A DNA stretch of 39,760 nt, from assembly GCA_002269645.1 (NCBI GenBank), contig NIVC01004642.1, positions 1 through 39,760 on the forward strand, written 5' to 3'. The notes beneath the pieces were generated by a model. That model saw only the letters and a program-made list of their open reading frames with translations. It did no database searches and was not told the origin of the DNA. Shown in pieces: positions 11,821-23,800 of the stretch. The translations under genes were made by a program, and so were the position numbers. The stretch is from Macrostomum lignano (Eukaryota). Position 1 is the first letter of the stretch. The number at the start of each line of letters is the position of its first letter.

Positions 11821-13495
11821 TGGTGTCAGAGGAAACAGCTAACGATTAGTTCTTGAGTGTATACAACATTCAGCTATTTCAAAGGCAACAGAATCCATCA
11901 CATTCGATGAGGACACAGCCAGCCACAGCTCACAGCTCACAGCCACGAAGCGACGAGATGAAGATCGCCCTTCTGCTCACAGCACTTGGAGAAGGTCGGG
12001 ACATCTTTGATACATTCAATTAAGGAAAGCTCTGAAGCCGGTCGCAAATATGACAGCATCGTCAGTGCCTTTTGACAATTTCTGCAAACCACTCGAGACT
12101 GTGACGCACGCCCGGTACAAATTCAGGATGAGAGTTCAATACCAATTTGAGGACTTTGACCACTTTCTCAGCGACTTTGGAATCCGCATAAAGCCAGATA
12201 AGTTCGCTGCTCCGAATAACAGAGAAACGATATAATGCTATCCTACCGGATCCATTGCAATCGTAGAGCTCTTGGTGGCAGAGGCATCGGGATCGCAGGG
12301 GAAATGCAGGTACTATGGACGGTATAACAAATTTGGCAGCAAGAATTGTCCGTGCGGCATTCGGCAAGACTTGTACAAGTTGCTGAAGAAAGAACCTCTT
12401 TACTGCAGTAGGTTGAAAGAAGCAAAGGGGCACTGGAACACGACAAGTTGACCTCATGCATTGATCAGTTGAATTATGTAGGTGAGTTGCAGCTAGAAAA
12501 TTCGTGATCTGTATCAGCATCCACTATCACTAGCAACGCACTGCATTGTGTCAACGTAAAAACTTTTGTACGGATGCTCACAGAAGATTTCCAGGAGGTT
12601 CAGTACAAGATTCATACTGGAGCGGACGTGAACCACCATCACAACATACAACATCTTGTCAGGAGTTGGGACACAAACAATGGTCAAATGGTTTAGCGGA
12701 ACGAGCAGTGCAAACAGTTAAGGGCTACTTAAGCAAAAGTGAGGACATCCATCAAGCACTGTTGCACTGCCGAAACGCTCCGATTGAGAGAGGACTTCCA
12801 ACACCATCGCAACTGATGATGGGAAGGAAACTGCAATACCAGTTGCCAATCCCGGAAAAAGAATTCTGAATCCGAAGGAGCATTGGACGAAAGGTGAGAC
12901 TAAAAATTCCAATGGACAAATGGAATAAGCTAATGCGGTAGTGAAACCAGACAGTCAAAACTCTAAAGCCACTGAGCAAAGCAGATCAGGTGCGGGTGCG
13001 TCACGATCGACCCGCTGAACTGATACAGACAGATGAGACAGATCCTGAAATGTCTTACAAGTTCAAAACAGCAGCATGAAAGACCTAAAAGAGAAATAGA
13101 AGATCGCAGAACGTTATGCTGAGACCAGACTTGACTCTATTCTGGAAAGCATGCAAATTCGTTAAACCAATGAGACAGCAGACCAGGATTCAAGTGCATA
13201 ATTGCAACAGGCTTCACGGAGCGCACCAAGTGATTCAGTCACCCAATCGAAATCCAGTCGACGCGTTCTGGTCGAACTGTACAGCCGCTGGTCTACTACA
13301 GAGCGACCTGACTTTGGGATTTTGTAACTTTGCTAATTCAACGATGAGAGAGCTGACAATGACCGGGTTGTGATTTTATTCATAAAAGGGGGCGACGTTG
13401 GGATTATGTCTTATGGTCTATGCTTTCATTTATGAGCTCTTTAAGTGCTCATTTAAAGGCCAGAGATTTGAGGCTCCACAACACCACAACATACA
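11821..13495 (+). mobile_element. Internally deleted, decayed Ty3/Gypsy LTR retrotransposon (K02A2.6-like gag and integrase remnants)
   Basis: ...CA|TGGTGTCAGA primer-binding site (tRNA-Leu-like) at 11821; gag-like KIALLLTALGEGRDIFDTF (11961-12020) and FDNFCKPLETVTHARYKF; integrase C-terminal SNGLAERAVQTVKGYLSKSEDIHQALLHCRNAP...PSQLMMGRKL (12660-12869); polypurine tract AAAAGGGGGCGA at 13384-13395. Stops and frameshifts present; no RT/RNaseH seen. Confidence 0.8.
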
Positions 13496-13689
13496 GCAGA
13501 TGGACTGCCCTTAGAAGTTACTAGCTCACTAAGCCCCTCATGGGGAGCATTCAAATTCATAATATTTGACCGAGCACTTCCAAATCGAATTTTTCATCGC
13601 AGGCTTTACTGTATTATTTCTATTGTATACATTTCTATACATATCGGCTTTTTTTCTCCACCAGAGGGTTCCCAAACAAAATTAATTAC

Positions 13690-13690
<1 letters not shown>

Positions 13691-13755
<65 letters not shown>

Positions 13756-13762
13756 GGACAGA
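13691..13762. repeat. (CAGA)n microsatellite
   Basis: About 17 tetranucleotide units. Confidence 0.97.
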
Positions 13763-14003
13763 AAAAATATAAGAAACTCAGGATCGAAAATCTCGACTGA
13801 GAGAATTCTAATTCAGCATATATATTCAATTTATTTTGTATTCCAATTCAAGCTCAATATATATTGTATATCAACATAGTTCATATATATGCACGCTATA
13901 GATAAATTTTCAGTTCGAGTGTTTCTAACAGTATAGCTTAACAGTATAACAATATCGACCATAGACGATAATTAAATCTACAAACCTTCCTATCAATAAT
14001 AAT

Positions 14004-14009
14004 TTTATT
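14004..14009 (-). terminator. Candidate polyadenylation signal (AATAAA) of the arylsulfatase gene
   Basis: TTTATT on the plus strand, about 210 nt past the stop codon. Confidence 0.35.
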
Positions 14010-14216
14010 CTACATGCTTGCACTTTCAAGATCAAGAATCTCACCTTTGAGAATCTCAACCATAAGAATCTCTATTCAGAGAATCTCATTGTGGTCGTCG
14101 CAGAAATCTATCTCACGGAGAAAACTTAATAGAAACAGACATTAATTACATAAACGGAAGTACTTTAGATGTTCATGTCTTTGTCAGTATTTGGAAGGCC
14201 GAGAACAAAGACTCCC

Positions 14217-15083
14217 CTAGGCGGGCCTACTGTCGTACTTGGTGTCCCGACAGTTGCAGAGGGGGAAATTGCAGCAGTCCTGCAGCCAGGGCCGCCACAT
14301 GAGCTTGGCGAAGGTGAACTGGCTCGGCACTGAGCTCAGGCTCGCCTGATGACGCCTCTCAGCTTCGAGAATTTGCGGCACCAGACGACGGTAGCGCTCC
14401 GAGTCGGCAGGGACGATGGCGGTCTCGCGCTCGTCGGCGCTGAGGTCGTACAGCAGTGGCACCGAGTGTCGAACGCTGCCGAGGCCTTCCATGCAGCCGC
14501 AGATGTAGCGGCAGCCCTCGGTGCCTGGCAGCCAGTTGGGGGAGTAGTGCCGCAGCTTGAGCACCCCCTCGGGCGAGTTCCAACGCACCGCGTGCAGCAA
14601 GGTGCCGCAGTATTGAAATAGAAAGTCGTGAGGCGATTTTGTTGATTGAGGCTGGCGCAGGAGCTTTGTGATGCTGCGACCGTCGATGCCCGACGGTACC
14701 GGCTGGCCCATGGCCTCCAGCAGAGTCGGGAAGATGTCCATCTGGGAGGTCAGCGCGTTGCTCTGACTGCCAGCCGGGATGACGCCAGGCCAGCGCAGCA
14801 GTCCAGGCACGCGGATGCCGCCGTCAACGGCGCCCTGGCACTTGCTGCCCCGATAGATGCCGTTGTGGCCGCCGGCCCGCTCGCCCGTGTGCGTCGTCTC
14901 CTCGATGTGGCCGCCATTGTCCGAGCTGAAGTACACGATGGTGTCGTCGGACAGGCCACGCTTGTCCAGAGCGTCGAGGATCTGGCCGACGGACCAGTCC
15001 ATCTCTTCGATGTTGTCGCCGTACCAGCCGTGGGCGCTGCGGCCTCGATATCCGGGTACCGAATTGTACAACGGGGAGTGCAC
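14217..15083 (-). CDS. Arylsulfatase exon 4 (terminal)
   Basis: Acceptor gccgcag; VHSPLY...SDNGG...CCNFPLCNC...stop. Confidence 0.95.
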   Translation of the reverse strand: MHSPLYNSVPGYRGRSAHGWYGDNIEEMDWSVGQILDALDKRGLSDDTIVYFSSDNGGHIEETTHTGERAGGHNGIYRGSKCQGAVDGGIRVPGLLRWPGVIPAGSQSNALTSQMDIFPTLLEAMGQPVPSGIDGRSITKLLRQPQSTKSPHDFLFQYCGTLLHAVRWNSPEGVLKLRHYSPNWLPGTEGCRYICGCMEGLGSVRHSVPLLYDLSADERETAIVPADSERYRRLVPQILEAERRHQASLSSVPSQFTFAKLMWRPWLQDCCNFPLCNCRDTKYDSRPA

Positions 15084-17707
15084 CTGCGGCATTTTGGAAG
15101 AACGGGGCCAAGCATTAACTATTTGAAATTCAACGCTACCCCAGACTCAATCGGATAGTTCACACCTCCTGAGCACCGCTACCCCAGACTCAATCGGATA
15201 GTTCACACCTCCTGAGCACCGCTACCCCAGACTCAATCGGATAGTTCACACCTCCTGAGCACCGCTACCCCAGACTCAATCGGATAGTTCACACCTCCTG
15301 AGCACCGCTACCCCAGACTCAATCGGATAGCTCACACCTCCTGAGCACTGCTACCCCAGACTCTTTTGGATAGTCCACACCTCCTGAGCACTGCTACCCC
15401 AAAGAAAAATGAGGCAAAAGCTAGTAGAATGAGTCAGCTCCGAACCTGCAGGAAAGACATGAACAGCAGAAACGGCTTCCCCTCGTCCACCGCCTTGTCA
15501 AGGAACTCTTCGCCTTCCCAGACCAGCCGCTGGGTCAGTTTCTCAAATCGAATTGGCTGTTCAACCAGCTCGGTTTGCCGATGAAGCTGGCTGTTCACGG
15601 TGCGGACTAGGTAATCCGGCAGGCAGAATAGGAATCCGGTAACAAGGACGCCCAGCAAAGCTAAGAATATGCAGAGCTTTCTGGGCAGGATGCCAATTTT
15701 GTAGCCCACACCGAGAGAAGCCAATGTAGCCAGTAGTGTGAGGCTAATGTTTCTGTAGTAGTGAGGGAATCGCGAATGTAGGACCGACTCGCCTAGGCCG
15801 CTGAAATCTTTCAACAGAGTCAGCAGGCAGCCGTAGAAATAGTCGAAGCCGTGGTTGTTCGGATGGTGGCAGAAGTCTTTGCTGTTGCTGCAGTGGGCGC
15901 CCAAATGCCACTTTCCTGGTGGTGTAGTTGCGCAATAGTGGCGGATCGGGCATACAGTGCATACATGTCCCTCACACCCACCACCCCAAGACAAGCCCCT
16001 CACACCCACCACCCCAAGACAAGCCCCTCACACCCAACACCCCAAGACAAGCCCCTCACACCCACCACCCCAAAACAACCCATCACGCCCAGCACCCCAA
16101 AACAACCCTTCATATCCACCACCCTAAAACAACCCCTCACGTCCAGCACCCCAAGATAAGCCCCTCACACCCACCACACCAAAACAACCCATCACGCCCA
16201 GCACCCCAAAACAACCCCTCACACCCACCACCACAAAACAAACCCTCACGTCCAGCACCCCGAAACAACCCCTCACATCCAGCACCCCAAAACAACCCCT
16301 CACATCCAGCACCCCAAAACAACCCTTCACATCCACCACCCTAAACAACCCCTCACGCCCAGCACCCCAAAACAACCCCTCACACCCACCACCACAAAAC
16401 AATCCCTCACATCCAGCACCCCAAAACAACCCCCCACACCCACCACCCTAAAACAACCCCTCACGCCCAGCACCCCGAAACAACCCCTCACACCCACCAC
16501 CGCGAAAAAATCCCTCAAACTCAGCACGCAAAACAAGTCCCCACAGCACAATCTCCAAATCCAATAATTAAAATGTACAACAAAAAATGCATGAAGACCG
16601 GTCGATCGCTCACCAATCAGTCCGGTGCGGTAGCCAGACCGCTGAGCCACCTTGGCAAAAGTGGTCTCATTAGTTGGTAAACCGGCTTGGCTAGCCGTGA
16701 ACGGGAACACCTGCATCTGGATGCTGGGCACCATGCCCATCCTAATGGGATATTTTCCCGTCAGCAGTGCCGACCGACTCGGCGTACAAACTGGCGCGGC
16801 TGTCAGGTGGTGCGACAGCCGGACGCCCTCCTTGGCGATTCTGTCAACATTCGGCGTTCGAATTGTGGTATTGCCGTTGGCGCCTGTGAAGTTAGAAGGA
16901 AATTTTAGTAAATTAGGATAAAGCATTGAACTGTTTTGCAACCAAAGCTAAAATAATATTCGAATCAGGGAGGCTGTACGTTCGTAACCCGCATATATAG
17001 ATAACACGAATCGTTATCTATATATTAACAAAGCAGTGAATGTTTAGTCAGTATGTCATTTACATACATGTATATATATACTGCTAAGCGGGGCCGTAGC
17101 CCAGCGGTCTAGCGCAGGCTCTGATGTGCCAGCGGCCCAGGCTCGATTCCAAGTGCAGTCACATTAATTTGGGGCTACATTGGAATCTCGGCTTGGCTCT
17201 GCTCGTGCAATTAACGCCCAGCTTGAGGGCCAACCCCCAAGGCACAGTGAAGTGTACATGCCTTACGATCAATAAAGTTAGGGCCGCTGTACACTCCTGT
17301 GTGAGTGTGTGCCTGTGCGTGTGACTGCATACGTATCTGCGCGCTTGTGTGACTGCTCAGGGGAGTCGGCGGAATGCGGGCAGCAATGCTTCTTGCCAGC
17401 TGTGTGACAAATATGTCGCTTAAAGTGCGCCGGCCTGACATGCCACTGGCAAGACGTTAAACTATCTTAGAATAAATTTAAAGCATTCAAGAATTGAGAA
17501 ATGAAAATTAAATTAAATTAATTATTTTTTTCTTTTAGAACGGCCTACAAACCAGAAGGACTCACCGATGTCGCCGAAACCCAAGTCGTCCACCAGCAAT
17601 ATGAGGATGTTCGGCTGTTTTTTAGTTGCCTTCTCTGTTGGCGAGCTGACAACAAGACTCGGCAGCAGCAACAAGAGTGTTACTATGGCCAATTTGATCG
17701 GCGGCAT
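14217..17707 (-). CDS. Arylsulfatase of the steroid sulfatase (STS/ARSD/ARSE/ARSH) subfamily; complete, 4 coding exons, about 580 aa
   Basis: Exons 17707-17566, 16883-16614, 15915-15446 and 15083-14217 join with consistent phases 1/1/0. Signal peptide, NILILLVDDLGFGD, formylglycine motif CTPSRSALLTG, GKWHLG, hydrophobic hairpin (SLTLLATLASLGVG...IFLALLGVLVTGFLFCL) typical of STS-type enzymes, FSSDNGG, GGIRVP, C-terminal WLQDCCNFPLCNC. Confidence 0.95.
15135..15400. repeat. 43-bp minisatellite, about 6 copies, in arylsulfatase intron 3
   Basis: GCTACCCCAGACTCAATCGGATAGTTCACACCTCCTGAGCACC at 15135, 15178 and onward. Confidence 0.97.
15446..15915 (-). CDS. Arylsulfatase exon 3 (GKWHLG, membrane hairpin)
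   Basis: Acceptor caccaccag, donor CAG|gttcgg; 470 nt. Confidence 0.92.
15970..16500. repeat. About 28-bp C/A-rich minisatellite (CACACCCACCACCCCAAGACAAGCCCCT and variants) in arylsulfatase intron 2
   Basis: Tandem degenerate units; source of the ORFs at 15928-16429. Confidence 0.95.
16614..16883 (-). CDS. Arylsulfatase exon 2 (active-site CTPSR)
   Basis: Acceptor cttcacag, donor G|gtgagc; 270 nt. Confidence 0.93.
17090..17435 (+). mobile_element. tRNA-derived SINE in arylsulfatase intron 1
   Basis: A box GTAGCCCAGCGGTCTAGCG, B box GGCTCGATTCC, and a body matching the inverted copy at 28870-29280 over about 300 bp. Confidence 0.85.
17566..17707 (-). CDS. Arylsulfatase exon 1
   Basis: MPPIKLAIVTLLLLLPSLVVSS...QPNILILLVDDLGFGDI; donor G|gtgagt. 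Confidence 0.9.
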
Positions 17708-18159
17708 TCTTAAACGAGTCTTGTTGGATGTCAAGCTGAAGGCAAGATCGATAAAATCAATTAATAAACAGGTTGAAAAGTATTTCAGAGAAGAGACAAC
17801 AGCCAACCTCGGGTGAGTTGAATCCTGAGCAGAACCAGTGCAAGGCTCGGGTTAATATAGATAGTTTTCTAGTCGCTGAAAGGCTGCTCAATCATTCTGT
17901 TGAGTCAATTGGTTCAAAGGTGACAGCACTTGGATCAGGCCACAGAGCTCGGGTGTCCCTTATCTCAGACTCAGACAATCTTAAGCTCTCCACACGTTCT
18001 CTCCCTTGATTGAGGTCGTTATCAAGACTGTGTGTGGTTTATCTCTAACAGCTAAAAGAAATTTCAAATCAATTTCAAAAACAAAAATATGCAACCATAG
18101 TGTTCTGGTAGTTAAAAGGCCACAAGTGGTCGTCACTGGTGGGAAACACACTCTATAGC

Positions 18160-19412
18160 GGTCATTGTGAAACACACACATCTATGATTATTGCGAAACA
18201 CACACATTGCGGTCATTGTGAAACAAACAAATTTGCGGTCATTGTGAAACACATACATCTGTGGGCATTGTGAAACACACACATCTGCAGTCATTGTGAA
18301 ACACACAAATTTGCGGTCATTGCGAAACACATACATCTGCGGTCATTGTGAAACACACACACATCTGCAGTCATTGTGAAACACACATCTGCAGTCATTG
18401 TGAAACACACACATCTGTGGGCATTGTGAAACACACATCTGCAGTCATTGTGAAACACACACATCTGCAGTCATTGTGAAACACACATCTGCAGTCATTG
18501 TGAAACACACACATCTGTGGGCATTGTGAAACACACACATCTGTGGGCATTGTGAAACACACACATCTGTGGGCATTGTGAAACACACATCTGCAGTCAT
18601 TGTGAAACACACATCTGCAGTCATTGTGAAACACACAGAAACACACATCTGCAGTCATTGTGAGACACACAGAAACACACATCTGCAGTCATTGTGAGAC
18701 ACACAGAAACACACATCTGCAGTCATTGTGAAACACACAGAAACACACATCTGCAGTCATTGTGAGACACACAGAAACACACATCTGCAGTCATTGTGAA
18801 ACACACAGAAACACACATCTGCAGTCATTGTGAAACACACAGAAACACACATCTGCAGTCATTGTGAAACACACAGAAACACACATCTGCAGTCATTGTG
18901 AGACACACAGAAACACACATCTGCAGTCATTGTGAGACACACATTTGCGGTCATTGTGAAACACACATCTGCAGTCATTGTGAAACACATCTGCAGTCAT
19001 TGTGAGACACACACATTTGCGGTCATTGTGAAACACACATCTGCAGTCATTGTGAAGCACACACATCTGCAGTCATTGTGAGACACACACATTTGCGTCA
19101 TTGTGAAACACACATCTGCAGTCATTGTGAGACACACACATTTGCGGTCATTGTGAAACACACATCTGCAGTCATTGTGAAACACACATCTGCAGTCATT
19201 GTGAAACACACACATCTGCAGTAATTGTGAAACACACATTTGCGGTCATTGTGAAACACACACATCTGCAGTCATTGTGAAACACACATCTGCTGTCATT
19301 GTGAAACACACACATCTGCAGTAATTGTGAGACACACATCTGCAGTAATTGTGAGACACACATCTGCAGTAATTGTGAAACACACACATCTGCTGTCATT
19401 GTGAAACACACA
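18160..19412. repeat. About 1.25 kb of 20-24 bp minisatellite (GTCATTGTGAAACAC(AC)nATCTGCA) with a 32-bp sub-array at about 18630-18930
   Basis: Tandem units with variable CA number; lies between the plakin 3' end and the arylsulfatase start. Confidence 0.97.
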
Positions 19413-19871
19413 CATACACGCGGCAATCGCGTGACACTAGATTATTCCTGCATAAAATTTAACCGACAGCAAACAGTAAAATAATTTTTTTTCAATTAAA
19501 AAATGAACAAATAAACGGTTCAAACATGCTCTGCAGAGGCCTATTGAGTGGCACTAAAAATGGTTTACTGAGGCAGCTCCGAAACGGTCAAATTGCATGA
19601 ACTAGTCTAGTAGGAATCTAGAGTCTAGTGGAAAAAAGAACCCACTATCGAATCCCTTTTATCCCAAATAAAAAAGCCATTTCCCTTACGGGCCATGAAA
19701 CGCGCAGATATTTGGCAAAAAATTAAAATCATTGATTACACAGAACGCTTGGTGGATGAATGATCGATGCATGCTGCAGTCAATATACATGTATATTTTT
19801 ATTAAAGAGAAAAATAGACAAAATTTTTATTGATTTTTTTTCTTTAACAAAACAAGAAATTTCTGATATTC

Positions 19872-19877
19872 TTTATT
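19872..19877 (-). terminator. Candidate polyadenylation signal of the plakin-like gene
   Basis: AATAAA on the minus strand, about 140 nt past TGA at 20013. Confidence 0.4.
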
Positions 19878-20012
19878 AATTCCCCAACGATAAGTAATGA
19901 TAAGTAATTAGCATTCTCTAATATTTTGCTTACTTTAAAAAGAAAAACTACTAAGCATATTAAAGTGAAACATGCTGTAATTAAACATATTCGAGAATCT
20001 AGTTAGAGTTCT

Positions 20013-20830
20013 TCACTGCTTGGTCGCCTCATCGGCAGCAGCGGCCGCCGCGGCTTCCTGAAGCTGACGCTGGCGCTGTCTGGAAAGAGACTTCGCCTTC
20101 GCTCGCTGGAAGACAGAGTCCGCGTCGTCAACGACAGGGCCAGTAGATGTAGCCGTTGAAGTAGCTGACGTCATAGCAGTAGCAAACGTCGTTGAAGTAG
20201 CCGACGTCGTTGAAGTAGCCGACGTCGTTGAAGTAGCCGACGTCGTTGAAATAGCCGACGCCATAGCAGTAGCCGAAGTCGTTGAAGTAGTCCATACCGC
20301 TTCCGGCAACGTTGACACTATCGGCAAACCGGACGTCGCCGCTATCGAAATTGACGCAGTCGCTGTCGTCATGGTCTTTGTTGTCGCCGTTGTCGTTGCC
20401 TTTGTCAAAGCAGACGTCGTCGTCGTCGTCGGTGTCGCGATGTCGCGGTGTTCGACACCGGTGGGCATCGGTGGTCCGAGTCGCACGGCTGGAATGTCGC
20501 GGCCTTTCAGGTCTGGCACCAGACGCGTCACTTTGGTCAGCTCGGCAACCATGCGTGCCTCCTCAGCCGCCTGCTTCGCCGCCGCTTCTTCCCCCTCGTT
20601 GTCTCTATCGCTAGACGTCGATGTTAGCGCAGTCGGCTGATGCGAGCTGGCGCTCTGGTTGCGACTGCGCCAGCGGAACATGGCAGCGGGGCTGCGCAGC
20701 CCGCTGGACCCAGCGTCGGCGGAGCCAACAAGGAAAGGGCTGGACACTACGGTCGGCGACAGAGACAGCGACAAGGACAACGCGGCGGCGGCTGACGCCG
20801 AAGCGGTGTCAGTTGAAGCCTCCGCCAAGC
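20013..20830 (-). CDS. Plakin-like gene terminal exon (Ala/Thr/Ser-rich, TSTTSA repeats)
   Basis: Acceptor ttcccag, phase 1, matches the giant-exon donor; 818 nt = 2 + 272 codons to TGA. Confidence 0.8.
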
Positions 20831-23800
20831 CTGGGAATGCAGAATGTGTGCATTATGACCTTACTTTCCAGAAGAGGAAAGATGAGATGATATATGAAAA
20901 AAGAGAAAAGAGGCGAGAGAGGAAATTAGATGGCAGACACGAGAAAGCTGAGAAGAGACAGAAACTTTGTTCGGCACTTGGAGCCCGATACTGAACCTCG
21001 AATACGCACCATAAAAAGCCTTATTTTGCGCAGACATCAAACAGCAAATCGAATCCAGTAGCCAAGTTTTCGGCTAAAATTATTAGAACTAAAAACATCG
21101 TACTAATAGTAGCATGGTGCACAATTAAATAAAACAACAGGCTCACTCGGTAAGTCGTCCCGATGCCCGCAGCCGGTGTCCACCATCGGGCCGTCATGAA
21201 TCCGGATGCCATCTGTCTGGATGTAGTGCGCGCGCTGGCACGGCTCGTCGAATCGCATCCGTTCCGGGTGCTCCGGGTGGTAAGTGAAGTAGGAGCCGGA
21301 GTCGTCGCCGAGCGCCGTCGCGTCTAAAGGCCGGTAGAGCGACACCGTGTCGCGACAAGCGATCGAGCGGGACAGCGGCTTATCGAGCCGAACAGAAGGG
21401 ACCACCACCTCTGGGTCGGTCTGGCACTCTCGGCTGCTAATCTCAATGTCCGAATTTGAGAGCGCATCTAGACAGGCTTTCACGCTGGCTACGGCGGTCT
21501 CTGTGTGAGTCTGCGACTCCACTTCGCAGCATTCTGGACCTGTTGAGGTGCGCATCTCGCTTTGCACAGCGTCCACAGCCCAGAGCGAACCAGTGTCCGT
21601 AGTTTTCATTGGCTGCGACTTCACGTGGCCAAGGAGAGAGTCTGGTTGATGCCACGAGCTTGATACAGCTTGCTGGACAGCTTCAGACGACAAAGTGGTC
21701 CCAGCCTGACATACGGCATCGGTCGTGGGCAGAAGCTCATTATCAACTTGACTGTCGGCATGCCTTGTCTGCTTAGCAACAACTTTGATGGGCTCACTAT
21801 CAGCATCTAGCTTGACCGAGACGCACCGCTGCTCAGACGATAGTTCGTAAATACTTCCAGTATTTGCTAACTTCAAACTTGAACTCGCATTGACACTCGC
21901 CTGGCTGAAACTCCACGTACTCACACCGGCTGACGATCCCGTCTCGCAGTGTCCTAACTGAGTGTGGTCGGTCTGATTGCAACTGTCCGAATATTTCAGG
22001 CTGGGTTCGCGGCTTGCATGAAGTCTTTCGGTAATGATAAACTGCTCAGGTTCCTCAATGTCCAGTGTCTGCGTCTCGCACTCCTTTACATTAATTCCAA
22101 GGTGTTGACTGCCTGTCTGATTCAAATTAGGCAGCCTAGCAACAACGAAATCGAGTGTACCCGGTTGAATCTCTGCTCTGGTGTTGACTGTCTCTTCAGC
22201 TTTGCCTGGAGGACGCGCAACAACCACAGCGACGCTGCTGTTGGATCGCGTAAGACTCCACTCGCCGAGAATAGCGGAGTCTGAGAAGTCAGACCAGCTG
22301 CGACCAGCCTGACATTCGTTGTCCTCTCTGTCAAAGAAAAAGCTGCATCCAGACTGGCATTCGAAGTTCTCGAATTCTGAATGGCTGCAGCCAGCCTGGC
22401 ATTCGACATTTTCTCTACCCAGGAAGAAGCTGCAACCAGCTTGGCATTCGAAATCTTCTGAATTCAAGCCTCCGGTACCGGCCTGACATTCACTATTAGT
22501 TATCTCAAAGGTACCAGAGCCCATCTGATTTTCAGCCTCTTGCCTATCAAAGAAGAAGCTGCAGCCGGATTGACAAACTGCGTCGACCTGACATTCGACC
22601 CGTTTCGAATCCAACACCGGGCCCATGTTGACCGAGACGTACTGCTGCTGAGATGGGACATCGTGAATGCTTCCTGTCTCGGCTAGCTGGAGCCGACTGT
22701 TCGCTCTGACAGCATCTTCAGCGAAGCTCCAACAGCTCACACCAACCGATAACTCGATTTCGCGTGTGAAAAACCTCGAGTCAGTTTGTTCGCTGCCATC
22801 CGAATAACTGATTTTAAGGCTCTGAGTGGGTTGTCTTTTCTCAATAATAACTTCCTGATCCGTTTGCGTTCCGAATTCTTTTAAAGGTGTCACCAAGTGC
22901 ATGCTACCTGTGTGAGCCACTGCGGCAACTCTTGCCACGGCGGAACTGTCACTTGAAAGCCTCTGCGTACGAGCAATTGCTTCGGCAGTTTGTCCAAAGC
23001 ATAGAGCCAGAACTTCGTCAGTCGCTGGACGAATCAGGACGGAGTCGTCTGAATACTTGCTCCAATGTAAGGTGCTCCATTCGCTGGGAACGGCTGAGTC
23101 AGTTAGTTCCCGACTGTCTGCTTTGCCAGTCTGGCAGTTTGAGTTTATCATCTCAATATCAATGCTTCCGCAGGCTCTGACGACCTCCTCGCGGGTGTCT
23201 ATTTTGGCTGAGACAGATTGCGGCTCACTAAGAACCTTATGCAGACTACCGGTCTCAACTAACGCAATTGAATTTGAGCACACGTTTGCCTGACTGAAGT
23301 CCGTGAAAGCATTTGTACCCACCGAAACGATTGCATCGCTGAGCAGGAAGCCACTGCAACCAGCTTGAACCTCGGCATTGAGGCGGCTAAACAGACTGCC
23401 ATCAGTTTGAATTTGGCTGCTGTAAGTCTCGGCAACTTTTTTTATCTCCGTTAGTGCTTCTGGTGCGTCCGTCTGGATTGCCATGTCAGTAAGTACAACC
23501 TGCAAGTGCTGACTGCCTGTGTGGCTCAGTTCTGGCAGTTTGGCAATGGCTGAATCAGTCTGCACAGTCTGTACGGCCTCGGATGATGCGTCACTGGAAT
23601 TGGTGACCCAGTGGGCAGCAGTATCCGCTAGCACCGGGTGCACGCACATGGAGGCTAAAGCTGACACAGGCGATGGTGGGCGCTGCTGTTTTGCCAATGA
23701 CTCGCTCCACTCTCTTGAAATAAGCTGCTCCTTGAACTGAAATTGACTACAGCCAACTTGACAGTCGCTCTCCACTCTGTCAAAGTAGCTGTAACCGGTC

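Noticed and set aside
14349-15158. Plus-strand ORFs over the sulfatase exon, and minus-strand ORFs over the GPCR
   Set aside because: Antisense shadows of GC-rich coding exons.
17090-17175. tRNA gene (also at 29111-29280)
   Set aside because: A and B boxes are present, but the sequence runs into a shared repeat body and has no convincing cloverleaf; these are SINE heads.
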